IMG/VR virus record: IMGVR_UViG_3300027963_000064
Length of the DNA stretch: 64,000 nt
Reading direction: 5' to 3' (one strand)
Source: an uncultured virus (IMG/VR IMGVR_UViG_3300027963_000064)
Lineage: Duplodnaviria; Heunggongvirae; Uroviricota; Caudoviricetes
Made by a program: the position numbers and the translations under genes. The notes below the pieces were generated by a model, which was not told the origin of the DNA, searched no databases, and was given only the letters and a program-made list of their open reading frames with translations. Of this stretch, positions 1-9,913 are shown in pieces. The stretch's first letter is position 1; the number at the start of each line of letters is the position of its first letter.

Positions 1-85
1 CCCAAGAGGAAGTAATATAAGCCAACTGTAAAAAATACCCAACATTATATTTACTGCAAGATTACCGCGATCTTCTTTTAAACTT

Positions 86-769
86 CTAAATAACATCCAC
101 ATAGTTGATCTTTACGCTTCCGTTCTTAATAGATATGTATGAACATGGGTGATCTGTCCAGCACCCACTGTTATAATAGCTCGTTGAGCCAGCAACGTCA
201 TTAGTTGCTAAATGAGTGTGACCGCAAATAATAACGTCACATTTCTTAGTGGAGCAATAGGATTTAGCTCTGTCACAAACTTGCTGTGAACATCTTAAAA
301 ATGTTTTACTACTACGTTTAGCAAGATTAGAGTAATATAACCCAGCATATGTCTGTAACCATCGATAAATATAATCAGCTATTTTTGTTAGCCTTGGATA
401 TTTTGAGATAACATTGTCAAATATATCACCATGAAGAATAAGTATCTTGTCTTCTCCACTAATAAAACTATACTCATTCATAAAATCAACACCAATTAAA
501 TGACTAACCATGTCGGCTGGGCCGTCATGATTGCCACTAATCCATATTGTTTTAATTGTATCTGATAATTTACGTATATGTGATAATATTTTCCAGTGAT
601 CTTTCTTGAGTTTGCGAAAGTCCCAACTATCAAATAAATCACCGTTAATGATTAGTTGATTAGTATTTATTTCTCTATGTTCTATTTTTTCTAAGAAAGA
701 TATTAACGTTTTAGATTGACAAACATTGCTTCCTAGATGAATATCGCTTATAACTATTGCATCATTCAT
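86..769 (-). CDS. Calcineurin-like metallophosphoesterase (LpxH/UDP-2,3-diacylglucosamine hydrolase-like)
   Basis: Full motif set: ISDIHLG, NGDLFD, GNHD, LHGD, CGHTH, YNSGCW. Confidence 0.85.
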   Translation of the reverse strand: MNDAIVISDIHLGSNVCQSKTLISFLEKIEHREINTNQLIINGDLFDSWDFRKLKKDHWKILSHIRKLSDTIKTIWISGNHDGPADMVSHLIGVDFMNEYSFISGEDKILILHGDIFDNVISKYPRLTKIADYIYRWLQTYAGLYYSNLAKRSSKTFLRCSQQVCDRAKSYCSTKKCDVIICGHTHLATNDVAGSTSYYNSGCWTDHPCSYISIKNGSVKINYVDVI

Positions 770-1019
770 GGTGAATATCTTGAGGTTTCCATATGAATCC
801 TATTATGAATCCAATGATGAAGTTAAATATAGCAATATATACAATGTTTTCGTAGAATGTTTTTACGCTTAAATATCCATAAAATAGATCGTGAGCCATG
901 TATTTAGTATATGAACTATTTGTGAGTATTAATAGCTCAGTTTCTATTATTGAGACGCTGATCCAAGTTAATAAACATGCACCAACTATACCACGTAAGA
1001 TTCTGTAAATGACTTTCAT
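762..1019 (-). CDS. Small membrane protein (2 TM)
   Basis: Two hydrophobic segments; overlaps the start of the downstream gene. Confidence 0.6.
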   Translation of the reverse strand: MKVIYRILRGIVGACLLTWISVSIIETELLILTNSSYTKYMAHDLFYGYLSVKTFYENIVYIAIFNFIIGFIIGFIWKPQDIHHE

Positions 1020-1076
1020 TTTAGCCCCCGAATAAATAAAAGGCCAAAGAAAACACCCACATATTAATACACTGTA

Positions 1077-1295
1077 TTAGTCTATATTTACATTATGCTC
1101 ATTAATGAGCCTATAAAATTCTTCCCTAATTTTATCTAGTGCGTCATTGGCATCCGTAAAATCATTGTGATGTTTTCTCCATGAACGCAGTTGCTGGGAG
1201 AAGTCCCATAGCATACTTTTAGCTGCACCAGCTTGAATAGCAGTGTCAAACTCTAATTGTTCTTCTGGCAAGGTAAATGTCAATGTTGCTTTCAT
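1077..1295 (-). CDS. Hypothetical phage protein
   Basis: MKATLTFTLPEE start typical of small phage ORFs; 4-bp overlap with upstream ORF. Confidence 0.7.
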   Translation of the reverse strand: MKATLTFTLPEEQLEFDTAIQAGAAKSMLWDFSQQLRSWRKHHNDFTDANDALDKIREEFYRLINEHNVNID

Positions 1296-1561
1296 ATTTC
1301 TTCTCCGGTTATAGAATCAAGTACTGGAAGCTTACAAGCCTCCAGCATATTCTTCAATGTTGCTTTAAGGTCTTTTAAAGATTCTTCCACTATTTCAACG
1401 GGGGTATCTGTCCAGCTAATGACTTTATCTCCACGATAATACACTTCATGAATACCATATGATATATAATCATCTACGCGAGTATCTAGTTGGTAATGAT
1501 CTAACTGTGGAGTTACTGTCATCATTACTCTGTGGTTCCAATAACTTTCTGGCTTGGTCAT
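1292..1561 (-). CDS. Hypothetical phage protein (WNHRV...IHEVYY type)
   Basis: Coupled ORF in the minus-strand operon. Confidence 0.7.
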   Translation of the reverse strand: MTKPESYWNHRVMMTVTPQLDHYQLDTRVDDYISYGIHEVYYRGDKVISWTDTPVEIVEESLKDLKATLKNMLEACKLPVLDSITGEEI

Positions 1562-1968
1562 AGTATATATCCTTGCCTTTTTGCCTCATCGTCGCTAAGA
1601 GTTTTAATCCAAGCTGGAATAATCTGTCCAGTTGCCTCATCTATCTTTTGTTTTCTTGGTTTACCTCTTTGTCCAGTATGCTCACAAGTCATATAGCTTA
1701 TGCTCTCTGCCATCTCTATTGCTCCTCTAATAAAGTCATCAGCACCATAAGCATATGCTCTTAGTCCACCAAACTTTTCTTTAATCTGGCTCCAATAGAA
1801 AAATTCCAGAGGCTCATTAATCTTTTGCTTATAATGAAGACGATTATCTACAATATAGCAAAGTCTTGATAGAATATTAAACCATCCATCATCAATCTCT
1901 ATCCATTTCAGATTTTTAAACTGTTCTGGATATTTTTCAATTAGCTTATCTTGAAGGTCTGCATTCAT
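1558..1968 (-). CDS. Conserved phage protein (QIKEKFGGLR motif)
   Basis: DDGW...QIKEKFGGLRAY...CEHTG motif common in phage proteins. Confidence 0.75.
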   Translation of the reverse strand: MNADLQDKLIEKYPEQFKNLKWIEIDDGWFNILSRLCYIVDNRLHYKQKINEPLEFFYWSQIKEKFGGLRAYAYGADDFIRGAIEMAESISYMTCEHTGQRGKPRKQKIDEATGQIIPAWIKTLSDDEAKRQGYIL

Positions 1969-2108
1969 GTTACTTACTCACTATTTCTACTGTCCAATGT
2001 TTACTAGCAACAAGATCAGATACGTATTCAGTATCTATAAGTTCACCAACAACGAACTCTAAACTGTTTACAATCTTTTTAACTTCATATGCTTCGCCCA
2101 AATGACTA

Positions 2109-2390
2109 TTACTTGGTCGAAGTACGATCTTCATATTCTTCTTCATTGTCATAATCCTCATTGTTATTGTTGTATTCGTCAAGCTCAAAGGTTTTAATAA
2201 ACACGTCCCAAGTTTCTGCATTTCGTGCTTCTTGTAAACATGCCAAGCCGTTTAAAGCATTAGCAATAAAGTCTGCATCGGCTTCGTCTTGATTTTCAGT
2301 AACATATCTAGCAAGAGTTTTTAAGTCATCTATGATGTTATGGTTTTGCATCAATTTTGCTTCAAGGTCAAACCTGTTCGTTGGATTCAT
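2109..2390 (-). CDS. Hypothetical protein with acidic tail
   Basis: ORF in operon; D/E/N-rich C-terminus. Confidence 0.65.
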   Translation of the reverse strand: MNPTNRFDLEAKLMQNHNIIDDLKTLARYVTENQDEADADFIANALNGLACLQEARNAETWDVFIKTFELDEYNNNNEDYDNEEEYEDRTSTK

Positions 2391-2583
2391 CTGAATCTCC
2401 TTCGTTTATTGTTAGATATGGAACCCAGCCTTCTCCCTGCTCATCCTCTCCAAACAAAAGCTCTGTTACGCCTGCGTCGTATTCTTCACCATCTGTAAAA
2501 TCATAAATACGAACTTCGTTGTCCAGAAAGTCTTCGTCTTGGTTTTCAATATAATTCTTAAGATCGCCCCACGTAAGTGACAT
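2368..2583 (-). CDS. Small acidic hypothetical protein
   Basis: AAGGAG RBS and promoter directly upstream. Confidence 0.7.
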   Translation of the reverse strand: MSLTWGDLKNYIENQDEDFLDNEVRIYDFTDGEEYDAGVTELLFGEDEQGEGWVPYLTINEGDSDESNEQV

Positions 2584-2627
2584 ATTTTTCTCCTTTAGTG
2601 CTATTGTACTCTATCGACAACAGTTAG

Positions 2628-2918
2628 TCAAGAGCTTGAGCTTTCTTCTTTCTGTAGTTCTGACGCAGCAACCCTACTATCAGTGTTAGCATAGCGATTT
2701 GGATCGGCAAGCCCACTATTAATCATGGTCTTGCTGGTAATATAATAACCCAAATCATCTTTACAAAGAACACTGGTTTCTGATAGCTGAATAGGTTTTC
2801 CATCAAGCTGCAAAATAGAATGGTCAACCACCATATCTGCTGTTGAGCCAAAATGAGTTTTAGTTGTTACTACGTGTCCAGTAGAATGCTTTGGTGCCTT
2901 ATAATAATTTTTAGCCAT
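2628..2918 (-). CDS. Hypothetical protein (likely start MAKNYYK)
   Basis: AAGGA RBS upstream of the internal start of ORF 2628..2987. Confidence 0.55.
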   Translation of the reverse strand: MAKNYYKAPKHSTGHVVTTKTHFGSTADMVVDHSILQLDGKPIQLSETSVLCKDDLGYYITSKTMINSGLADPNRYANTDSRVAASELQKEESSSS

Positions 2919-3258
2919 TGATATCCTTTTCCTTTTCTGTAATTGCCGCAAAAACCATACTATTCTTATCATCACTCCAATATACATCGAATGTGCCAGA
3001 AGCAGCTAGTCTGCTGATTTCTATGCCAACTATCCAATTGTACGCTTCCTTGAAGATTTTGTCAAGTATCTGACAGTTCACCAACAAATTTCCAGTTTCG
3101 TCTTGTTGAGAATATTGTCTAATAAGCGATGTCATCTCATCTTGAGTAATGAAATCTTTAAGCTCTTTAATTGGAATTCCCTGCTGTTTAGCTATATCCC
3201 TTCTAATGTGTCTAGCCATTCCTTTTACATCTTTAACCTTTACTAGTTTATCTTGCAT
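2911..3258 (-). CDS. Hypothetical protein
   Basis: AGGAG RBS; coupled to uvsE. Confidence 0.65.
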   Translation of the reverse strand: MQDKLVKVKDVKGMARHIRRDIAKQQGIPIKELKDFITQDEMTSLIRQYSQQDETGNLLVNCQILDKIFKEAYNWIVGIEISRLAASGTFDVYWSDDKNSMVFAAITEKEKDING

Positions 3259-4168
3259 GTGCGAACTCCTTTTGTGAAAAATTCAATATGGCTTTGTCTT
3301 TCATTTTTAGCTCAAAGTCTAAATCAAAATCTAAACCATACTTATTGAATGTATTATTAGCATAATCTGCGTGCGCTCTTGGGTTGTTACCGGGGCGACT
3401 TTCGCTGTAGTGAAACAGTGGAGTATACCCGTCCCACGATCTGTAGCAAGCGTTTATAGCTCGTTCTTCGTCTATGCCGTTAGGATGGCAGGCATGATGC
3501 AAATAGTCAAATGTAATAGGTATAGCTGTTATATCGTGAAACTGATGGATTAGTTCTATAACACTCCAGCCGCCAGCTTTGTCATCATTTTCTACAACTA
3601 TTCTATTTTTGCAGTTTTCATCAAGACGGTCAAAGTTAGTCATAAATCTATTCAATATCTCGTTATATGTGCCAGACTTGTTGTGTATGTGAATATTTAT
3701 TGGAGATCGGTAGTCTGCTGGGCAACCGATTCTGTCCATGAATGAAGAATAAAAGTTAAGTTCTGTAATGGTTTTGTCAACGGCTTTGCTATTAGTGGAC
3801 GCCAAAACATTAAATTCACTAGGGTGACAAGAAATGCGAACATTAGTAGTGGCAATAGTTTGTGCAATAGAATCAAAAGCGTCTTGAATATCGTCATGGT
3901 TTGGTAAATCCTCTAGTTCAATATTAGCATCGTCATAAGTAATAAGAGGAAATAGATCGCTACTAATACGATAAACAAAGTTATTTTGTGAGCAATAGTT
4001 AATTATTGCGTCAGTGGCGACCATATTGTTGAGAATACGATCACCAAGAATAGACAAAGCTTCTTCTCTAGGAAGGCTAGAGAAACGCTTATAAGTCATG
4101 GTCTGAAATTTAACTGGCTCGTCCAGTTCTTGCAAATTTAAAGATATACAACACAATCCGTATTTCAT
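3248..4168 (-). CDS. uvsE: UV DNA damage endonuclease (UvsE/UvdE family)
   Basis: MKYGLCCI, YRISSDLFP, RISCHPSEF, VENDDK, TFDYLHH, FHYSES, RAHADY, ELKMKDKA motifs. Confidence 0.92.
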   Translation of the reverse strand: MKYGLCCISLNLQELDEPVKFQTMTYKRFSSLPREEALSILGDRILNNMVATDAIINYCSQNNFVYRISSDLFPLITYDDANIELEDLPNHDDIQDAFDSIAQTIATTNVRISCHPSEFNVLASTNSKAVDKTITELNFYSSFMDRIGCPADYRSPINIHIHNKSGTYNEILNRFMTNFDRLDENCKNRIVVENDDKAGGWSVIELIHQFHDITAIPITFDYLHHACHPNGIDEERAINACYRSWDGYTPLFHYSESRPGNNPRAHADYANNTFNKYGLDFDLDFELKMKDKAILNFSQKEFAHAR

Positions 4169-4320
4169 AGTATGCTCTCAAAAGAATAGGTGCCTCTACC
4201 CTATTATACATCGGTAAAGGCACCTGTCATAAAGATATACAACACAATCCGTATTTCATAGTATGCTCTCAAAAGAATAGGTGCCTCTACCCTATTATAC
4301 ATCGGTAAAGGCACCTGTCA
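4139..4320. repeat. Perfect 91-bp tandem duplication of the uvsE start and promoter
   Basis: 4139-4229 is identical to 4230-4320. Confidence 0.95.
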
Positions 4321-4345
4321 ACTTGAATTTTTGCTTATCTACCGA

Positions 4346-4582
4346 CTAAGAGTTTTTCTTCCAAGAGAATAGGCTATTTAGCCAAGCTTTTCTCTTTGAG
4401 CATCCACATTCTTTCAAATTAAACCACTCTTTAAATCTCTCTTGAGTTATACCCATGCTTGTTAAAACTTCTTCTATTTTGTCTCCAAGGCCCACAGTGT
4501 CACCTAAATGGGCATTTTTTGTAATCCCCTGAGATTCTAATTTTTCGATTGCTTCGTTGATTTCTTGTTTAATATCACTCAT
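4346..4582 (-). CDS. Small Cys-containing protein (GLGD...CGC..R...LN)
   Basis: GGAG RBS; motif resembles the one in ORF 43647..44078. Confidence 0.7.
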   Translation of the reverse strand: MSDIKQEINEAIEKLESQGITKNAHLGDTVGLGDKIEEVLTSMGITQERFKEWFNLKECGCSKRKAWLNSLFSWKKNS

Positions 4583-5259
4583 TGTGTTTCTCCATTTTTG
4601 GCTACTTGAAGTTGAGTTGCTATTATCATGACCCTATTGAATTCTTTGATTGACATTCCAGTAAATACTTGCTCAGTTACATGGCAAATATCTCCCAATA
4701 TTCCTATATAGTGATCTATATAACTACTGCACTCTATGTACTCTATATAGGATGGCTCACTTACATACACCCTATATGTCTTAAGCCCCTTTTGCCCCTC
4801 TACAATATCACATCGCCCGTTAAAGACTATTTTGGTTCCTAATGGGATAATTTTTTCAGTGCAACCATCAGTAAATTTGATTTCACATAAATAGTTATGT
4901 ATATTCCAGTAATCTAATTTAACACCGCATCCAACATCTTCTTTGTCTATATCGCTAATTCTTGTTAGTAGTGGGAATTTGAGTCTTTTGTTTTGTGGTA
5001 TATTTAATTCATGTCTAATGTGTTGATAGCTGCCATTTGGTAGTGATGATATATCTGTATTTAATTTCTTAATTGTATTCTTAACGGCGAATATTGATCC
5101 AACACATATTAATGCCAATACAACATAGGCGTATATACGTCTAATGAGCTTTGTCATTTTTTCTCTCTTTTCTTTTTTATTTGTGGATTTTCTTCCCATT
5201 ATTCCTCCCTTTACTCCTTTTCTGTGGGCTATAAACCCATATACTACATATAAATACAC
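4579..5259 (-). CDS. Membrane-anchored hypothetical protein (start probably internal)
   Basis: One TM helix; AT-rich; GGAGG RBS before the internal MGRKS. Confidence 0.5.
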   Translation of the reverse strand: MYLYVVYGFIAHRKGVKGGIMGRKSTNKKEKREKMTKLIRRIYAYVVLALICVGSIFAVKNTIKKLNTDISSLPNGSYQHIRHELNIPQNKRLKFPLLTRISDIDKEDVGCGVKLDYWNIHNYLCEIKFTDGCTEKIIPLGTKIVFNGRCDIVEGQKGLKTYRVYVSEPSYIEYIECSSYIDHYIGILGDICHVTEQVFTGMSIKEFNRVMIIATQLQVAKNGETQ

Positions 5260-5571
5260 CCAATAAGGATGCTAAATGGATAGTTATACATTGTCATTGA
5301 ATATGCATGAAAGACCTATAATAACACATATACATATACTAACTATACTACCATACATAAATACATCGATGACTAAATTGGTTGGGGGCATATATGTGAC
5401 TTTTAATGTGGATATTTCACAATACAATAAATATTTCGATATTCCCGTATTTCATGGAGTGTATGGGTACTAGGGATGGAAGTATAGAGAGTGTGTAGGT
5501 AGGTAAATAGAAAAGCCCCATAGTCCATAGGAACCACGGGGCCGTTCTGTATATAGTATATGTATGGTAGA

Positions 5572-5886
5572 TTAATGTCTTTGTTCAAGAGCTAGCTCTA
5601 TCATGCTTATGTATTGGTCTAGTTGTCTAGGCGTCAGTTCCTTACCATTAGCAGCAAGGGCGTTTCTATATGCTACCTTTTGCCTTTTGGTAAACATGGT
5701 TATTTCCTTCATTTCTAATAACTGATCTTGATCAGTCATTTTAACGATTTGTTTGAATACCTTATATGAGTCTTCTTCTTTGAAGTCTTCCTCATATACT
5801 GTAGACATGTATAGGAAGAACTCACGTTTAGATAGCATAGTATACTCCCTTATAAAAAGGGGCGATTTCATCGAAATATAACACAA
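5572..5886 (-). CDS. Hypothetical protein (likely start MLSKRE)
   Basis: GGAG RBS before the internal ATG. Confidence 0.55.
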   Translation of the reverse strand: MCYISMKSPLFIREYTMLSKREFFLYMSTVYEEDFKEEDSYKVFKQIVKMTDQDQLLEMKEITMFTKRQKVAYRNALAANGKELTPRQLDQYISMIELALEQRH

Positions 5887-5936
5887 TAGTGGTCATATTC
5901 CTTGATAATCAGCCCAAAATGGCCTTATTTATAGTA

Positions 5937-6365
5937 TCATGTTCGAACGGGTAAATTGACCTTTACGATCTTATGTGGGCTACGATACATATTATCCATG
6001 AGATCAGATTGAATTTCTGGTCCCATATAGATATACCCGTAACCGCCATCCGAACTATAAACTATGAGTCCATTAGTATCTTTACTACGTACTGTATATA
6101 CTCCAGCATCACTCATATACATACGTTCGCCCATGCTATTAACATAGTAATTACCAGACCGCCCTATAACTTTAATAGTATCCCCGGTCGATAGATCTTT
6201 CCAATCAATCTCTTCATATTTCTTGGGGCGCTTGGTTTTAAACTTATTCTTCTTAGTTATAGATGCAGACACAAACTCACTATTACAATGCTTACATGTA
6301 TGCGCCCGTGCGCCATTGATATTATTACAGTTCTTACAAAGCTTTTGTCCACGCTTCAATTTCAT
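5937..6365 (-). CDS. Zinc-ribbon-containing protein
   Basis: CKNC...CKHC at the N-terminus followed by a basic linker and a beta-rich domain. Confidence 0.7.
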   Translation of the reverse strand: MKLKRGQKLCKNCNNINGARAHTCKHCNSEFVSASITKKNKFKTKRPKKYEEIDWKDLSTGDTIKVIGRSGNYYVNSMGERMYMSDAGVYTVRSKDTNGLIVYSSDGGYGYIYMGPEIQSDLMDNMYRSPHKIVKVNLPVRT

Positions 6366-6539
6366 TTATATGTATCCTATATGTAAAAAGGCAATGTCGC
6401 TGACTACCAGCACAGGCCAGATCTTGTTATTTTGGGAAGTACGTACCCTAGTCTATCACAGTATTGCCACTGTGTCAAGGGCTATATCTCGCTGACTACC
6501 AACATGGAAACGATCTTGTTATATTAGATAAGACAAGCC

Positions 6540-6833
6540 TCACTTCTTCTTCTTTTTAGGATCAACTGGATCGGGCTTTAGAAGAATTTCTAATGATGTA
6601 CCATCGCCTGCCAATTTGGCAAAATAAGATTGGCTAATGCGTTGACTTTCAATGTCGTTGACTACTTCGTGAGTATATACATTAATTCGATACTTGTTGT
6701 CGTATACATTAAAGGCCCGACACATCTTATAGTTAGAGGGCTTATCTATTTGCTGAAACAGTATATCACATATATCATCTGTACGAATACTCTCTTTAGT
6801 TTCTTTCATTTGATGTCCATAAATTTTTGCCAT
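6540..6833 (-). CDS. Hypothetical protein
   Basis: AAGGAG RBS; NVYDNKYRINVY motif. Confidence 0.7.
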   Translation of the reverse strand: MAKIYGHQMKETKESIRTDDICDILFQQIDKPSNYKMCRAFNVYDNKYRINVYTHEVVNDIESQRISQSYFAKLAGDGTSLEILLKPDPVDPKKKKK

Positions 6834-6911
6834 TCTATTTTCTCCTTTATGATTATTTTCGCTGACTGTATCGCAATATGTTGACCCTTTTATTTTGGGA
6901 GAGACAACCCC

Positions 6912-7010
6912 ACTTGCCTAGCTTACCTAGACATCCCAGATTACCCAGACTACCCATTTTAACATGTAGCCTAGATTACCTGTATTATCTATATTACCCA
7001 CTTTCCAATC
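6912..7010. repeat. Degenerate 9-bp tandem repeat (NTTACCYAN)
   Basis: cttgcctag cttacctag acatcccag attacccag actacccat ... attacctgt attatctat attacccac. Confidence 0.6.
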
Positions 7011-7048
7011 ATTCCACTCTCCATCATACCATATCGACACTCTTGACG

Positions 7049-7176
7049 CAAGTACTTGAGAACAAACGACTTACGTTCACTTGCTATTAGACTTGACGTA
7101 AACCCTTATGGGATAAGTATTTATATCAAATTTCGCCGCCCCCGCCCGCCGTAAACCCTTACGGGCAACGGACTTA
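7049..7176. repeat. Twin-palindrome element 1 (with an extra third palindrome at 7049-7073)
   Basis: TAAACCCTTA-5-TAAGTATTTA at 7099 and TAAACCCTTA-5-AACGGACTTA at 7152. Confidence 0.9.
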
Positions 7177-7205
7177 TGGCGAGTCGCTGCTTCCCAAGTT
7201 TGTTG

Positions 7206-7267
7206 GAAGGGCAGGGAACTGGCAGGAAAATTTATTGATAATGGCCTGCCAGCCCCTTTCCCCTCCC
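7206..7267 (-). terminator. GC-rich imperfect hairpin downstream of the DUF932-like gene
   Basis: CTGGCAGG...CCTGCCAG core with G-rich and C-rich flanks. Confidence 0.4.
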
Positions 7268-7274
7268 ACTAGAA

Positions 7275-8480
7275 TCAAGCCGTAAGGGCGAAAACCTTTT
7301 CGTAATCCTTATCGTTGAACGTATCCGCACGACGCAGGATGGTGTTCCAGCGATCCGCTGAAATGTCCAGCAGATTACCAGCAACCTCATCGAACTTCAC
7401 CCATGTCTTATTATCAAACTTCTGACCAGCACGGGTCAGACCGTTGATGATACCGAACAGGCTACTATTCTGTGCTTCCATCGTGACATACTGCTCAAGG
7501 AACTCAGTAGCTTCACGCTTCGACAGTTTGTAATCTGACGAGACGCTAGCGATGATACCCTTCGCAGAAGCCTTGCCGATTTCCATACTACGGGTTGCCA
7601 AGAACTTCTTGATACCCGGAGCGAGGAGCGGAATCTGATCCTGAATATTCTTGGCAATTTCCAGTTTCAGAGCAGCGAGGTCGATATTGCCACGATGAAC
7701 GCGACGAATCTTCTCACCGGAAGTCTGACCCCAGATGCAGCCATTCATGCAGATGGCACGAAACAGGCTGGGCGTTTGCGTGATGCGGCGAGTGCCGATC
7801 TCACAGTTACCCACGCTGATCATGCCACCATAATCACTATCGTCTGAACCGTAGTCCATGATGGTATCGGGGATGAGAACGTTACCATAGATGGTATCCT
7901 CATCGCCACGCCAGTGGCTGAACCGTCCACCGGGAATGAATTCCCCAAGAACGTCCAGATACCAGCGGTTATCAACCGGAGCATACTGCTCAGTCACGAA
8001 CGCACGACACGTTCCATCCGTATAGGTACGCAGACGAAACTTCTTGTCGGGATCGATTCGACGCATGGCATTGTTGCCAACGATAGCCATCGTGTTGCTA
8101 TCGTTACCATCGAACCCTTCGATGTTACGCATCTCTCGCAGGAACGACGAGGACGTAACACCTACGCGGGTGCTGAACTGCTCAAGAGCATGGTCAGTCG
8201 GGCGAAACTTGCGACCGTCACCAAGCTTGAAATAAAACTCACCATCTTCATTGGTGCAGAAAATGTTCTTGATTTCAGTGAGAACATCCTCACGGTTATC
8301 AATAGCAGTCTGCGTGTCCTGCTTGACCTGTTCGAAGGTCTTGGTCTTCGCCCACCAATCTTTGTGGACATGGCTACCTTCCGCGAAACCCGTGCCGGTG
8401 TTGCCTTGCAGGGTACGCACGAACGAACCAGCGGAAGCATTGGAATCAATCGTCAACTTGTTATAATCGCTCATCTTCAA
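7275..8480 (-). CDS. DUF932-like protein
   Basis: YAPVDN...ISVGNCEIG...LFRAICMNG...RRVH resembles the DUF932 family; strong codon bias; AGGAG RBS. Confidence 0.65.
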   Translation of the reverse strand: MKMSDYNKLTIDSNASAGSFVRTLQGNTGTGFAEGSHVHKDWWAKTKTFEQVKQDTQTAIDNREDVLTEIKNIFCTNEDGEFYFKLGDGRKFRPTDHALEQFSTRVGVTSSSFLREMRNIEGFDGNDSNTMAIVGNNAMRRIDPDKKFRLRTYTDGTCRAFVTEQYAPVDNRWYLDVLGEFIPGGRFSHWRGDEDTIYGNVLIPDTIMDYGSDDSDYGGMISVGNCEIGTRRITQTPSLFRAICMNGCIWGQTSGEKIRRVHRGNIDLAALKLEIAKNIQDQIPLLAPGIKKFLATRSMEIGKASAKGIIASVSSDYKLSKREATEFLEQYVTMEAQNSSLFGIINGLTRAGQKFDNKTWVKFDEVAGNLLDISADRWNTILRRADTFNDKDYEKVFALTA

Positions 8481-8537
8481 AACTCCTAGTGGGAAATCAA
8501 ACTACGTGTCAACAGTATACTATACGTTATCGGCTTG

Positions 8538-8759
8538 TCAAGAGGGAAACATTGAATCAAAACATGGGCCACAAGTGCCACTAATCAAAAGCTCACGATC
8601 CGCGTCGGACAGGTAGGGCATAAGGTCTTGAATAAAACCCGCACCATTCTTCCACTCAATATAATCGTGCATCTTCACGAAAATCACATGATTGGCGGCA
8701 CACATTTTGCAACGTGCTGCCATCACGGTATCGGCCATATCTTCATTTATCGCAACCAT
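8538..8759 (-). CDS. Small Zn-finger-like protein
   Basis: CKMC...IQDLMPYLSDADRELLISGTCGPC. Confidence 0.7.
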   Translation of the reverse strand: MVAINEDMADTVMAARCKMCAANHVIFVKMHDYIEWKNGAGFIQDLMPYLSDADRELLISGTCGPCFDSMFPS

Positions 8760-8836
8760 CGTTCTCTCCTTTTCACTAATGATACCATACGTATCGTCAA
8801 TGTCAAGGGGTCGGCATTAGAAATAATTTCTTGACG

Positions 8837-8914
8837 TAAGTGGTTGCTGCGTAAGGACTTACGACTCGCGGGGCGGGCCGCGTTCGTCCTAAACCCTTAT
8901 GGGCAAAGGACTTA
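8837..8914. repeat. Twin-palindrome element 2
   Basis: Palindromes start at 8837 and 8890 (53 bp apart). Confidence 0.92.
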
Positions 8915-9385
8915 CGGCGAGTTTTACTTTTTCAATTCAACTTTCAACTTTTTCTCTATACCAGATATAGTTTTCTGTACTGTCTCACTTACTGCATAAT
9001 CTTTTTTGTATGCTGTTATAGCGTCTAGGATCTTCCACATTTCGTTGGCAGTTAAATCAATCATCTATATCCTTTACATCTGTTATATTCTCAGGCCCGA
9101 AATCACCAAAGAACTCTGGGGATTCATATAGTGCATTATTTAAATACTCAGCTATTGACTCTTTATCATTGAAGTCTATGCCTTCGTGAACATTCTCAAA
9201 TGCCAACTCTACACTTAATGTTACAATCTTCATATAGTTTGCCCTTGATGATTGAGAGGATATTGATTACTTTACTAGAAAGTTATTATCCACTATTTAT
9301 TTATCTTGATATAGCATTGACCACACGATAATCATAATCATAAGTTCTATCAATTTATCTCCCTAGCAGTGACAACAAATCACAG

Positions 9386-9461
9386 TAGGGCGAGTAGGAG
9401 TCGAACCTACCTATGAACACCTTATAAGAGTGTCGGATGCAACCGGCTTACCTTTCGCCCC
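9386..9461 (-). tRNA. tRNA-Ile (anticodon UAU)
   Basis: GGGGCGA/TCGCCCT acceptor stem, ACACT-CTTATAA-GGTGT anticodon arm, GTAGG-TTCGACT-CCTAC T arm. Confidence 0.8.
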
Positions 9462-9515
9462 ATGAAGCGGGAACCCCATTGTAACATAGGGTTCCCGCTC
9501 CTGTCAAGGGAGAGA

Positions 9516-9740
9516 TCACGAACAGACAGGATCAACCATGCGGTCACATCGCAGGGTACGGATAGTGTTATCCTCGCTGCGAATCTTAGCATACGGCCCG
9601 TGCGGACCAAAGCCAAGATGCTCAACAGTACCCTTGTGGAACTTCAGCACATTCAGACGGCCATGCTTGGGGTACTTGCAAACGAGGTGCTTACCAGTAG
9701 CCAGCGAAAAGTTAGTAAAAACATTCATAGTCATAATCAA
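9516..9740 (-). CDS. Hypothetical protein
   Basis: GGAG RBS upstream. Confidence 0.6.
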   Translation of the reverse strand: MIMTMNVFTNFSLATGKHLVCKYPKHGRLNVLKFHKGTVEHLGFGPHGPYAKIRSEDNTIRTLRCDRMVDPVCS

Positions 9741-9913
9741 TCTCCCTTAGTTAGACACTCATCATCTTTTCAACTTGAGCAAAGGTCAACACAACCTTCG
9801 CGCCATTATCAACAATCACCACACCGTCACGCTTGATAGCAGTCACAGTACCCTTGGGCGTGACAGTACCAATACCCAGAATCTTTGTCATCGTCTTCTC
9901 CCTTGTTATTAAA

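Noticed and set aside
7436..8489. Alternative-frame and antisense ORFs over the DUF932-like gene (for example 7914..8489 +)
   Set aside because: Shadow ORFs caused by high GC and codon bias; no RBS or motifs.
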